This document shows positions 17,639 through 25,778 of a stretch of DNA of 43,189 bases, piece after piece. Source of the DNA: a virus. Taxonomy: Duplodnaviria; Caudoviricetes. The position numbers and the translations under genes were made by a program. The notes under the pieces are model-generated. The model had not been told where the DNA came from, ran no database searches, and worked only from the letters and a program-made list of their open reading frames with translations. Position 1 is the stretch's first letter. The number at the start of each line of letters is the position of its first letter. The stretch spans positions 1-43,189 of the IMG/VR virus record IMGVR_UViG_3300036793_000087. One strand, written 5' to 3'.

Positions 17639-17751
17639 CGGGGCTCGCCCCACAGCGGCGGTTCGCCCTTGCGCTCACGGTGGATGTCGATCGCGATGGC
17701 GGTGAGGATCGCCGCGAACACGGGCACGGCAGCGATCAGCAGCACGGTCAC
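17635..17751 (-). CDS. Small membrane peptide (38 aa, MTVLLIAAVPVFAAILTAIAIDIHRERK...)
   Basis: Fills the gap exactly with GTGA and ATGA overlaps. One transmembrane segment. Confidence 0.55.
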   Translation of the reverse strand: MTVLLIAAVPVFAAILTAIAIDIHRERKGEPPLWGEPR

Positions 17752-18494
17752 GACTCGGCCTCGTCAACGTCTGGGTGCGCCGAGCGGATGTGACTCATCA
17801 GGCCGGACTTGGAGCGATTCACCTTCGGGCAGTGCGGGCACGGCGCCGGTGCCTCGGGCGTACGAGGCCGGGGCTCTCGTTCAGCGTCGGCAGGTGCGCC
17901 CCTGAGCAGCGCCCGGGCCGCTCGCAGCTTCTCCTCGAGCTCGGCGATCTCCTGCTGGGCCTGGGCGCGCTGCCGGTCGGTCTCGGCCTTGGCGATCGCC
18001 TCAGCGGTCTCGCTCAGCAGCCGGTCCTTGAGGTCGGCCAGGAGACTCTGGATCTTCTCGGCGAGCTGGCGGGTACGGACCTTAGGCGAGGCCAGACCGT
18101 CGCGCAGCACGCTGCGCCCCGGCGCCTGCGGCGCGGCAAACGCTGACGGCTGCATCGTGGCGAACACCGTCGGCTTGCGTGCCGGTTCGACGCTCGGCGG
18201 CAACGGCAGAGACGCCGCGGCCGGGTTCTGGATGCGCGGCGATGCACCTTGAGCGGGTCCCGGCGGCACGACCGGCAGTGTCATTTCGGCGTCGGAGCTC
18301 GCATACCCGCCCTTCGCCAGCATCGTGCCCAGCACTGTCTTTGGCGCATCGTGGCGCTTCTCCAGGTCGACCGGAGCGTCGGTCTCGCGGAAGTCCATGC
18401 AGCCGCAGCCCGCGGCGACGCAAGCGCCCTCTTGGTCGACGTGGCGCCGCTGCGTGTGGGTGCACAGGCAGGTCACGAACGCCGGCGCGCTCAT
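17748..18494 (-). CDS. Protein with N-terminal Cys cluster, coiled coil and C-terminal C2H2 zinc finger (248 aa)
   Basis: CLCTH..H..C..C.C at the N-terminus; CPHC-x12-H-x4-H at the C-terminus. Confidence 0.75.
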   Translation of the reverse strand: MSAPAFVTCLCTHTQRRHVDQEGACVAAGCGCMDFRETDAPVDLEKRHDAPKTVLGTMLAKGGYASSDAEMTLPVVPPGPAQGASPRIQNPAAASLPLPPSVEPARKPTVFATMQPSAFAAPQAPGRSVLRDGLASPKVRTRQLAEKIQSLLADLKDRLLSETAEAIAKAETDRQRAQAQQEIAELEEKLRAARALLRGAPADAEREPRPRTPEAPAPCPHCPKVNRSKSGLMSHIRSAHPDVDEAES

Positions 18495-18679
18495 GGCTTG
18501 TCCACGGCGGTGACGTGCGGCAGGACCGACAGCGCGATGCGCCGCCAGGCGAGCCTCGTGTTGGCGTTCAAGTCTGTCCAGCGTTTTGGCTGGGCGTTGT
18601 ATCTGATGAACGACTCATAGGCGCTTCGGGCAGCCGCATCGGGGTCGATGGTCAGTGTCAGGCTCAAGTTGCTCGCCAT
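18491..18679 (-). CDS. Hypothetical protein (62 aa, MASNLSLTLTID...)
   Basis: Fills the gap after the helicase; stop is coupled to the next start. Confidence 0.6.
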   Translation of the reverse strand: MASNLSLTLTIDPDAAARSAYESFIRYNAQPKRWTDLNANTRLAWRRIALSVLPHVTAVDKP

Positions 18680-18681
18680 GG

Positions 18682-20457
18682 CTAGGACGCCTTTCGGAGT
18701 TGGCGGATGGATGCGCCACCGAGCAGCTCGGCGACGATGCGCGGGTCCTGGACGAGGTCGGCGAGCTGGCCGGCCTTCTCGCGCAGGACCGATCGCACGC
18801 GGGTGTCGATGGTGTTGGCCGCGACGATGTCGACGATCTCGATCGAGTCGTGGATCTCCGAGCCGATCCGGTGGCAGCGGTCCTCGGCCTGCAGGCTCTC
18901 CACCAGCGACCAGGGCCGCTGCAGGAACACCACGGTGGAGGCCGCGGTAAGAGTGATGCCGACACCGCCGGCGCCGGTGGTGGCGCAGATCAGGTCCAGC
19001 TCGCCGGCCTGGAACTGGGCCACGGTGTCGGTGCGGTCCTTCATCGACTGGCCGCCGATGATGTAGCCGACCCGGTATCCGGCCTTGGTGGCTGAGTCGG
19101 CCGCCAGGCGCATCAGCTGTGCGCTGGGGGCGAAGGCCACGGTCTGCTTGCCGGGGCGCTCCTCGAGCACCTCGAGCAGCGCGTCGACCTTCCAGGACGG
19201 TGCGGCCAGCCGGACCGAGACGTGTTCCTTCTCGGTGCCGTCCTCGACCTGCTCGACGGTGACCGTGACGTCGGCGGCCGCGCTGGCCAGCTGCGAGAGC
19301 CGGGTGAGCTGGGCCAGCACGCTCATGACCGAGATCTCGCTGCCGTCGGGCATCTGCGCGAGCATGTCGTGCTCCATCGCGTCGTATGCCTTGCGGTAGG
19401 GGCCGGGCAGTTCGACGGTGCGCACCGAGTAGACCTTCGGGGGCAGCTGGTCGAGCACGTCTGCCTTGGCGACGCGGCGCTGCTGGCCGAGCAGCGACAG
19501 CCGGAACTCGGCCTCGGTGCCCGGGTTGAGGCCCAGGATCATCTCGCCGTAGTCGGCGGGCACGGTAAGGCAGTAGCGGTTGACCCAGCGCTCCCGCGAG
19601 GGCCACGCGCCCGGCGCAAGGCACACCAGGGTGGGCCAGAGGTCGGCGGGGTGATGGGTGATCGGCGTGCCGCTCAGTGCCACGAACGCCTTGACGTTGC
19701 GGGCCAGCCGGCGCACGGCCTGACTACGGGCCGCCTGCGGGTTCTTGATCAGGTGGCACTCGTCGGCGACCAGGGCGACCGGGTTGAGCGCGATCAGCGG
19801 GGACTTGCCGGGGTTGGTGTCGCCGGCGTCCATCCGCGCGGTGTCATAGCTGGTGACGTAGACGTCGGCCGTGCCGATCATCTCGCGCCGGCGCTTCGGT
19901 GAGCCGCGCCAGGCGGTGGTCGTCCAGTAGGGCGCCCAGTTGCGGAACGCCTCCACCCACGGGTCGACGACACTGGCCGGGCAGACGATCAGGATCGGCA
20001 GGTTCATGCCGTCGAAGTCCTGGGACCATTCGGCCAGGCCGAGGATGGTGGTGATCGTCTTGCCGGTGCCGGGCTCGTCGGTGATCATGGCGTGCCCGGT
20101 GCTGGCGATGAGCAGCGCGCCGTCGACCTGATAGGGGCGCGGTGTCAGGTGCTGCGGCACGTCGATCTGCAGGGAGTCGCGGGCCTGTGCGCTCCGGACG
20201 CCGGCCTGTTGGTTGATCCAGTCCTGCAGCCGCGGCCCGGGCACCCACGCGCCGCCGTAGATCGCCGCGAGCTGCACGACCGCGGGCCAGGTCGCCGGCA
20301 GCACCAAAGCGCCCTTGGGGTCGCTCTGCTTGATCAGCGGCGTCATCTGGCCCAGCTGCTTGGCCGCGTACGCGACGTCGGCGATCGGCCCGGCGGCAAC
20401 CAGCACAATGCGGTCGCCTGCCTGGGTCAACTCGGCGTGGATGGCGGTTGTGGACAT
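18682..20457 (-). CDS. SNF2-family (SF2) helicase (591 aa)
   Basis: DEPGTGKT, ADECH, SGTP, GVGITLT and QAEDRCHRIG motifs. Confidence 0.93.
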   Translation of the reverse strand: MSTTAIHAELTQAGDRIVLVAAGPIADVAYAAKQLGQMTPLIKQSDPKGALVLPATWPAVVQLAAIYGGAWVPGPRLQDWINQQAGVRSAQARDSLQIDVPQHLTPRPYQVDGALLIASTGHAMITDEPGTGKTITTILGLAEWSQDFDGMNLPILIVCPASVVDPWVEAFRNWAPYWTTTAWRGSPKRRREMIGTADVYVTSYDTARMDAGDTNPGKSPLIALNPVALVADECHLIKNPQAARSQAVRRLARNVKAFVALSGTPITHHPADLWPTLVCLAPGAWPSRERWVNRYCLTVPADYGEMILGLNPGTEAEFRLSLLGQQRRVAKADVLDQLPPKVYSVRTVELPGPYRKAYDAMEHDMLAQMPDGSEISVMSVLAQLTRLSQLASAAADVTVTVEQVEDGTEKEHVSVRLAAPSWKVDALLEVLEERPGKQTVAFAPSAQLMRLAADSATKAGYRVGYIIGGQSMKDRTDTVAQFQAGELDLICATTGAGGVGITLTAASTVVFLQRPWSLVESLQAEDRCHRIGSEIHDSIEIVDIVAANTIDTRVRSVLREKAGQLADLVQDPRIVAELLGGASIRQLRKAS

Positions 20458-20495
20458 GGCGATTCCCCTCCTTTCGCGGTCGATGGTTTGGGGGA

Positions 20496-20534
20496 CCGAG
20501 CACCCTGCCGCGGGGAAGTCGGCAGGGTGCTCGG
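20496..20534. terminator. Perfect 15-bp intergenic hairpin
   Basis: ccgagcaccctgccg-N9-cggcagggtgctcgg between the SSB and helicase genes, with no U-tract. Confidence 0.55.
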
Positions 20535-20541
20535 GTGGGGG

Positions 20542-21441
20542 TCAGCCGCTCGGTGTGCCTGTGAGACGCGCGAGCAATTGCTGCTGCTCCGGCGAGAGGT
20601 CTGCCGGCGGCTGAGGTGCCGGTGCTGCTGGGACCTGCTGTGCGGGCTGCTGAGCTGCCGGTGGCGGCTGCGGGAACGGCAACGACGGAGCCGTCGCCGG
20701 TGGCGCGTACGCCTGCTCTGGCTGCGGCGGCTGGGCGTACTGCTGGACCGGAGCCTCCGGCTGGGCGGCCGGAGCCGCTTGCTGGGGTGCAGGTGCCGGA
20801 GCGGCGCCGTCCGGGCGGGTGTAGATGACCTGGAACTGCTTGGCCGGGTTCATCCCCGCGCCCGCCTGCCGATCGCTGACATAGGTGATGTCGATGATCG
20901 AGCCGGCCTCCGGCGGTCCGGCCGGCGCACCGACCTCGCTCATCGCGCGCACCAGCTCGTCGCGCGCCTGGCCCTTGACGAACCAGGTGCCCAGCCCGTC
21001 CGGGTGCTCGGCGCTCGGGTACATCTGCAGCGGGACCTTCATCACGAACTTCGGCCGGCCGTCCTTGAAGAACTGGGGCCGCTGCAGGGTGTCGGTCTGC
21101 TGCTGGATGTCGCCGGGGCCCAGAGGCCGCGTGACGACACCGACGAACCGGGTGCCGATCACCTTGAACGCCAGCGACTTCCCGCCGCCGGCCGAGGGCT
21201 GGTTGAAGAAGTCGTCGATGCTGCCGGTGGCCAGCGGCTGGGCGGGCGGCGCCATCTGGGGCTGCGGGTAGCCCTGCGCCTGGGGGTATTGCGGTGGGTA
21301 CTGGGGCTGCTGCGGGTACCCCTGCTGCGGGTACTGAGGCAGTTGCCCCGGCGCGGCCGGGTAGCTCGGTTGCGCCGGGTACTGCGTCGGCGGCGTAGGC
21401 GGCGGCGTTGGCGGGAAACCGGGATAGGTGGGCTGGGTCAT
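20542..21441 (-). CDS. Putative ssDNA-binding protein with P/Q-rich termini (299 aa)
   Basis: Core GGGKSLAF..GTRFVGVV..QQTD..FKDGRPK..WFVKG..PEAGS resembles actinophage SSB-like proteins. ATG at 21441 follows GAAAGGA. Confidence 0.65.
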   Translation of the reverse strand: MTQPTYPGFPPTPPPTPPTQYPAQPSYPAAPGQLPQYPQQGYPQQPQYPPQYPQAQGYPQPQMAPPAQPLATGSIDDFFNQPSAGGGKSLAFKVIGTRFVGVVTRPLGPGDIQQQTDTLQRPQFFKDGRPKFVMKVPLQMYPSAEHPDGLGTWFVKGQARDELVRAMSEVGAPAGPPEAGSIIDITYVSDRQAGAGMNPAKQFQVIYTRPDGAAPAPAPQQAAPAAQPEAPVQQYAQPPQPEQAYAPPATAPSLPFPQPPPAAQQPAQQVPAAPAPQPPADLSPEQQQLLARLTGTPSG

Positions 21442-21463
21442 GACGAGGATGTCCTTTCGATTC

Positions 21464-22130
21464 TCAGCGGGCGGTGAGCATGCAGGCGTAGGCCTCGGCG
21501 ATCTGTTCGTCGCTGATGACCGGCTGCACGTGTTCGGTGAGCGCCTCGAACAAGTCGAAGGCGCGTTGAGCTTGGGACAGACGAGCTCCCGTCTGTCCAA
21601 CTGCGTCGGCGGCGTAGGCGGCGGCGTAGGCGGCGGCGTAGGCGGCGGCGTCGGCGGCGTAGGCGGCGGCGTAGGCGGCGGCGTAGGCGGCGGCGTTGGC
21701 GGCGTTTTCAGGACTGGGGTCCGAGATCCATTAGCTCGGTTGCTTCGATTGCGCGCAGCGCTCTGTCCCTGCGGGTGTCCGGTACCAGATGAAGAACCGA
21801 TCGCGCCTGGTCGACTGCGACCTTGACCCACACGATGTGGCGCTCGTGCTCGGTCAGCGCCAGCGTCCCTGTTCCGACCGTCCGGTGTCCGAGCTCGAGG
21901 ACGAGCATCGAGCAGGGCGGGCAGAGCAGATCGCCGTCACGGTGCGTGCAGATGTTGTCGTTGACCCCCTGCACGATCCGGGCCAGCATCGGGTCGGCGC
22001 AGCTGGGCAAGTCGGTGATCGTGGTGTCGCCGGACTCCCAGCTGATGAGGTTCATGGCGCAGCCCTTACCGCTGCCTGCGGCGTGGCTACCGACAGCGAG
22101 GCGCAGGGGCTCAGTGATGTTGTTCGTCAT
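21464..22130 (-). pseudogene. Ala/Tyr-repeat protein split by a 1-nt frameshift near 21731
   Basis: ORF 21708..22130 stops early. The +1 frame continues WISDPSPENAANAAAYAAAY...QRAFDLFEALT...MLTAR* to 21464. Confidence 0.7.
21600..21704. repeat. Tandem array of (GCC)2-3(T/G/A)AC units, mostly 12 bp
   Basis: About 9 units of ggcggcggcgta with gtc and gtt variants. Confidence 0.9.
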
Positions 22131-22143
22131 TGCAGGGCTCCTT

Positions 22144-22968
22144 TCAGAGCGTCTTGGGGGTGGCGGTCCCGGGGCATCCGGGACCGCCGTCTCGTGCGGA
22201 CTGCGGCCGGTAGAACGGGCAGAAGTAACAGCTGTCCGAGTCAGGTGTCAGTGGGATGTCGTTGAGCGATAGCCGGCCGTTGATCAGTTGCTCCGCCAAT
22301 TGCTGGCGGTGTGCTGTCTGGGCGAAAACCTCCTGCAGCAGGAGGTCGTCGGCGCTGGTGTATGTCCGCTCCCAGACGTAGAGCCCGTCAAGGCTCGACG
22401 CGGTGCGCGGGTATGCCGCCAGCACGACCCGGCGGACGGGCAAGCCCATGCGCCGGTACCCCTCGCCGTACAGCACGAGCTGCACGACGTACTTCCTCGA
22501 CGGGCCGTTGGCCGATCTGACCTTGGCCATTGACGACTCGGCGAGAAACTTGTGGTCGACCACCGCTTGCTCGGCCGCGTCGTACAGGTCGGCGGTGCCG
22601 GGGTGATCGGGGTGCGGGGTGACCCGTTGCTCGGCCACCCACCGCAGGACGTTGTGCCGCACGTTGTCGGCCGTGAAAGCATCGGCCGCCCAGGCGTGAC
22701 AGGCGGTGCCGACGATCGAGGGCCAGGGGTCCAGCACGTGGTTGGTGGCAGGAAGCCGGGCCATCTTGCCCGCCACCTGCCGGTCACACGGCTCGCCCAG
22801 CTCGGACGGGCCCAGGTGTGACTGCAGGCTGCGCGGCGCCCGGGCGGCGTGCTCGGTGAACACCCGGCGCAGCTCTGCCGCGTAGCGCGATGCCCAGGCC
22901 GAGCTGCCATTCAGCGGCGCCGGCGCTGTCGACATGAACTCCGCGGGGCTGATATTGACGGCTGTCAT
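22144..22968 (-). CDS. Cas4-like / PD-(D/E)xK exonuclease (274 aa)
   Basis: GPSELGEPCDR, GTACH, GTADLY..VVDHK, QLVLYG and CYFCP..C (four-Cys pattern). Confidence 0.85.
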   Translation of the reverse strand: MTAVNISPAEFMSTAPAPLNGSSAWASRYAAELRRVFTEHAARAPRSLQSHLGPSELGEPCDRQVAGKMARLPATNHVLDPWPSIVGTACHAWAADAFTADNVRHNVLRWVAEQRVTPHPDHPGTADLYDAAEQAVVDHKFLAESSMAKVRSANGPSRKYVVQLVLYGEGYRRMGLPVRRVVLAAYPRTASSLDGLYVWERTYTSADDLLLQEVFAQTAHRQQLAEQLINGRLSLNDIPLTPDSDSCYFCPFYRPQSARDGGPGCPGTATPKTL

Positions 22969-23216
22969 GCCTTGCCGGGCCAGGTGTCGGTGGAGCGTTT
23001 GAGGCTTCCTGCGCGCGGTTGACGGCTCCGCGGCACGTCGTCGAACCACGTGGTGAACACGTTCTTGCGGCGCCACTTACCGCTGCGTGGGTTGGCGTTC
23101 GGATGCACGCTTGCGACGTGCCCGCCCAGCTGCGGCCCGGACCTGAACGGCGCGCGGCAGACAGGACAAAGATGCAGGTCGAACACGTCGATCTTCTCGA
23201 CGTCGACGGCGGTCAT
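22965..23216 (-). CDS. C2H2 zinc-finger protein (83 aa)
   Basis: CPVC..F.....L..HVASVH motif. Confidence 0.7.
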   Translation of the reverse strand: MTAVDVEKIDVFDLHLCPVCRAPFRSGPQLGGHVASVHPNANPRSGKWRRKNVFTTWFDDVPRSRQPRAGSLKRSTDTWPGKA

Positions 23217-23422
23217 GCGCTGCACCGCGCGTATCGGTTACGGCGCCGACCCGCGCGGGCCTTCGCAGCCGGCGCGACCAGGCCGAGCGCTTCGAGCACC
23301 GTGCGCGCGTCGTCGGTGTTGGTGGCCATCGAGCAGACGGCCAGCGCGGCGCGGTGCTCGGTAGCCTCGTTGACGGGCGTGAGCGCCAGGTCGATGACCG
23401 GGAAGTTGTCGCTGGACTTCAT
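23213..23422 (-). CDS. Hypothetical protein (69 aa)
   Basis: ATGA-coupled on both sides. Confidence 0.7.
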   Translation of the reverse strand: MKSSDNFPVIDLALTPVNEATEHRAALAVCSMATNTDDARTVLEALGLVAPAAKARAGRRRNRYARCSA

Positions 23423-23598
23423 GACAGCCTGCGCAACGTTCCGTACTTGCCGCTGTCAGTCGCGGACGCGAGGGCCAGGGTGGCGTGGACCTGCGCAGCG
23501 GCCAGCAAGTAGCTCTCGTGGGCGTAGTCGGTCGCGGTGTGATCGGTCGCCATCTCGAGCAGCTGCTCGGCCTGGGCGTAGTGCTCTGCGCCGGTCAT
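23419..23598 (-). CDS. Hypothetical protein (59 aa, MTGAEHYAQAEQLL...AAAQVHATLALA)
   Basis: Not in the ORF track. Fills the gap with ATGA overlaps at both ends and resembles a common small actinophage protein. Confidence 0.75.
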   Translation of the reverse strand: MTGAEHYAQAEQLLEMATDHTATDYAHESYLLAAAQVHATLALASATDSGKYGTLRRLS

Positions 23599-23915
23599 CG
23601 CGACACCGGGGCGAGCCGCCAGCTCGAGGTCTGCACCGCGTAGCGGACGTAGACCTCGGGGGCCTCGGCCTTGAGCTTCTTGGCGTCCACCCGCCAGCCG
23701 GTCACGTTGGACAGGCGCAGCGGTCGGGCCAGCTGGTCGCTGACCAGGTCAATCTCGGTCTCGCCGGGCGCGGCGTTGGTCATCTCGAGCTTGATGGCGT
23801 CGGTGATCGCCTTGAGGTCGTCGGCGGCTTTCTTCGCCTCGGCCTGGGCCATCTCGTACTGGGAGACGAGCTGTTCTAGGCGGCTGTCGGGCGCCGGCGT
23901 GATCGCGGTGCTCAT
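23595..23915 (-). CDS. Hypothetical protein (106 aa)
   Basis: Coiled coil plus RVDAKKLKAEAPEVY..Y, resembling the C-terminal part of YqaJ-type proteins. Confidence 0.75.
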   Translation of the reverse strand: MSTAITPAPDSRLEQLVSQYEMAQAEAKKAADDLKAITDAIKLEMTNAAPGETEIDLVSDQLARPLRLSNVTGWRVDAKKLKAEAPEVYVRYAVQTSSWRLAPVSR

Positions 23916-24265
23916 GAGTACACCGACACCAACAGGCCGACGGCCAGCCAGAAGCCGACCGTGAACAGCGCGGCGCAGCCCAGCACCTTCCAGGCCAGCC
24001 GCCGACGCCGGGCGGCCTCGGTGGCCTGGAACTCGGCGAAGTCGAACGACTTGGCAGCCGGCCGGATCGAAGAGGTCAGGTCCTCGGCGGTGGTTTCTTC
24101 GGCGACGTCCTGGCGGTCGATGGTGTCGAGCAGGTGCACGGCCTTGGCGCGCAGCTCGCGGGCTTCGCGGTGCTCGTGCAGCTCGTCCAGGTCGACGGCG
24201 CGCGAGTGCAGGCGCATGGCCAGCTCGAGGCCGGGATCGTGGAGGGTGGGGAGGACGTCCATCAC
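23912..24265 (-). CDS. Membrane protein with C-terminal TM helix (117 aa)
   Basis: RRRR followed by a hydrophobic C-terminus; coupled genes. Confidence 0.7.
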   Translation of the reverse strand: MMDVLPTLHDPGLELAMRLHSRAVDLDELHEHREARELRAKAVHLLDTIDRQDVAEETTAEDLTSSIRPAAKSFDFAEFQATEAARRRRLAWKVLGCAALFTVGFWLAVGLLVSVYS

Positions 24266-24981
24266 AAGCTCCTGCTCTTGCGGATCGGGCCGTGGTCAGC
24301 GGGCGGGTCTTTGCGGTGCGGCAGGTTGGCGAGCCAGGTCAGAAGCCCGACGAGGATGGCCGCGACCGCCGCGATGAGAGGCAGGCGCAGGTCGACGCCG
24401 GTCGAGGCAAGAGCCGCGGCGGGGGCTGGCGCTGTTGCGGACGGGAGACCGCTTCCGGCCCCCGCCGGGCGTGCTAGGTGGCCGGCTAGCGCAGTGCCGA
24501 TTGAGCTAGACGGCGACGGCGAATGCGCGCCAGCGGGAACCGGCCGTGAAGTAGCGGAGCTCGACCTGCTGGCGCTCGTTGACCCGTTTGGGCGCGTAGC
24601 CGTTGTCCGGACGATCGGTGGCGTCGAGGCTGGCGTGCTTGCCGATGTACTCGGCGGGATGCTGACTGGAATCCGGGTGCTCGCGGGCGCGCTCGACGTC
24701 GCAGGCGGAGCCGACGAGCTCGTGGAGCTGCTGGTCGGTGAGGACGTGTGACTCGTCGATGAACCCGTGGACGTTGTCGGCCATGGCGTGGCTACTTTCG
24801 TTGAGGTGGACCCGATGCAGTGCTGGCCGTGGACGTACTGCCCGGGGCCGCCGTGGTCGCAGGAGTAGGTGGGTGAGGGCGTCGGGCGCGGCTGCACCTG
24901 GCGCGGTGTCGCGCAGGCCAGCATCGCCGGGATAGCGAGGGCGACCGGGATGACCAGCAGCCGGCGGGACAGGCGCATCAT
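24262..24981 (-). CDS. Exported Ser/Thr/Pro-rich protein with LAxTG sortase sorting signal (239 aa)
   Basis: N-terminal signal peptide, S/T/P stalk, then LASTG, a hydrophobic helix and a basic tail (HRK..RKSR). Confidence 0.75.
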   Translation of the reverse strand: MMRLSRRLLVIPVALAIPAMLACATPRQVQPRPTPSPTYSCDHGGPGQYVHGQHCIGSTSTKVATPWPTTSTGSSTSHTSSPTSSSTSSSAPPATSSAPASTRIPVSIPPSTSASTPASTPPIVRTTATRPNGSTSASRSSSATSRPVPAGAHSPSPSSSIGTALAGHLARPAGAGSGLPSATAPAPAAALASTGVDLRLPLIAAVAAILVGLLTWLANLPHRKDPPADHGPIRKSRSL

Positions 24982-25133
24982 CGGTTGCCCCGATTGATGC
25001 GACGGGACTTGCGGGCCACGCGGTTCTTGATCCGCCGATCGGCCTTGACGGCCGCGGGCACCGTGCCGCCGTAGATCATGCGGTTCTGCAGCGCGCCCAG
25101 CGTCATGTGCTGCCAGGCATTGGGCTTGTCCAT
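24978..25133 (-). CDS. Small basic protein (51 aa, MDKPNAWQHM...RVARKSRRINRGNR)
   Basis: GAGGA RBS and ATGA coupling to the next gene. Not in the ORF track. Confidence 0.75.
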   Translation of the reverse strand: MDKPNAWQHMTLGALQNRMIYGGTVPAAVKADRRIKNRVARKSRRINRGNR

Positions 25134-25211
25134 TGCTATCCTCGATTCGTTGTCGGTAGGGCCGCTATTCCTTCGAGGGGGTGGCGGCTCTGCTGTTTGA
25201 GAGGGGCCGGG

Positions 25212-25397
25212 TTAGGTTGCTTCCGGCAGTCGTTTGACCCAGGCGTGCAGGTCGTCGATGTCGATCAGGTACTTCGCGCCGATCATGTGAGCGCGCAGGT
25301 TGCCGGCGTGGATCTCGCGGCGGATGTAGTCAGTCGAGACAGACACGGCCTCGGCCGCTGCGGCGATGCCGTAGGCGATCTTGGCCGGCGCGGTCAT
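25212..25397 (-). CDS. xis: Excisionase-like HTH protein (61 aa)
   Basis: Y.I..AAEAVSVS...IRREI..G.L....IG...LI...L..W pattern; follows the cro-like gene. Confidence 0.8.
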   Translation of the reverse strand: MTAPAKIAYGIAAAAEAVSVSTDYIRREIHAGNLRAHMIGAKYLIDIDDLHAWVKRLPEAT

Positions 25398-25642
25398 GCG
25401 TCCACCGCGTCGAAGATGACCGGGAAGCAGTGCGCCCCGAAGGCGAGCATGGCGCCGGCGATGAACTTGTTGCCCGGCAGCGTGTGCCCGTTCTGCACCT
25501 CGTTGATCGACTTACGGGTGACTCCTAGCGCTTTCGCCCGTTGCAGATCGGTTAGGAGATTCGCTCGCTCGCACTGTTCAAACCAAGCGTCGGTTTTGAG
25601 CAGCACCTTGGGTGAGCGGTCCGTCATGGAGCGTGAGGGCAT
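25394..25642 (-). CDS. Cro-like HTH regulator (82 aa)
   Basis: DLQRAKALGVTRKSINEVQNG..PG..FI HTH. First early gene, divergent from the repressor. Confidence 0.75.
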   Translation of the reverse strand: MPSRSMTDRSPKVLLKTDAWFEQCERANLLTDLQRAKALGVTRKSINEVQNGHTLPGNKFIAGAMLAFGAHCFPVIFDAVDA

Positions 25643-25649
25643 GACCGAG

Positions 25650-25678
25650 AACCTACACACGTGTCACCTACACGTAAA
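25650..25678 (-). promoter_or_regulatory. Early lytic promoter, probably leaderless
   Basis: TTTACG-N17-TAGGTT with an extended TG, 7 nt before ATG 25642. Confidence 0.65.
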
Positions 25679-25778
25679 GGTGACACGCCCAGGTAGTTAC
25701 GTATAAGTGACACAGGTAAGGCACGTTCCTGTTGCACGTGGGGGCAATGTTGCGGGAGGATGTCACCTATGCGTGACA
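25660..25778. promoter_or_regulatory. Operator-like TGTCAC/GTGACA sites in the switch region
   Basis: CGTGTCACCT-N8-AGGTGACACG at 25660-25687, GTGACA at 25707-25712, and TGTCAC-N6-GTGACA at 25761-25778. Confidence 0.6.

Noticed and set aside
21381-21704. Diversity-generating retroelement TR/VR pair or CRISPR array
   Set aside because: There is no reverse transcriptase, the repeats are short and low-complexity, and there are no unique spacers.
22144-22968. CRISPR-Cas system implied by the Cas4-like gene
   Set aside because: No array or other cas genes. Solo Cas4-like exonucleases are common in phage recombination modules.
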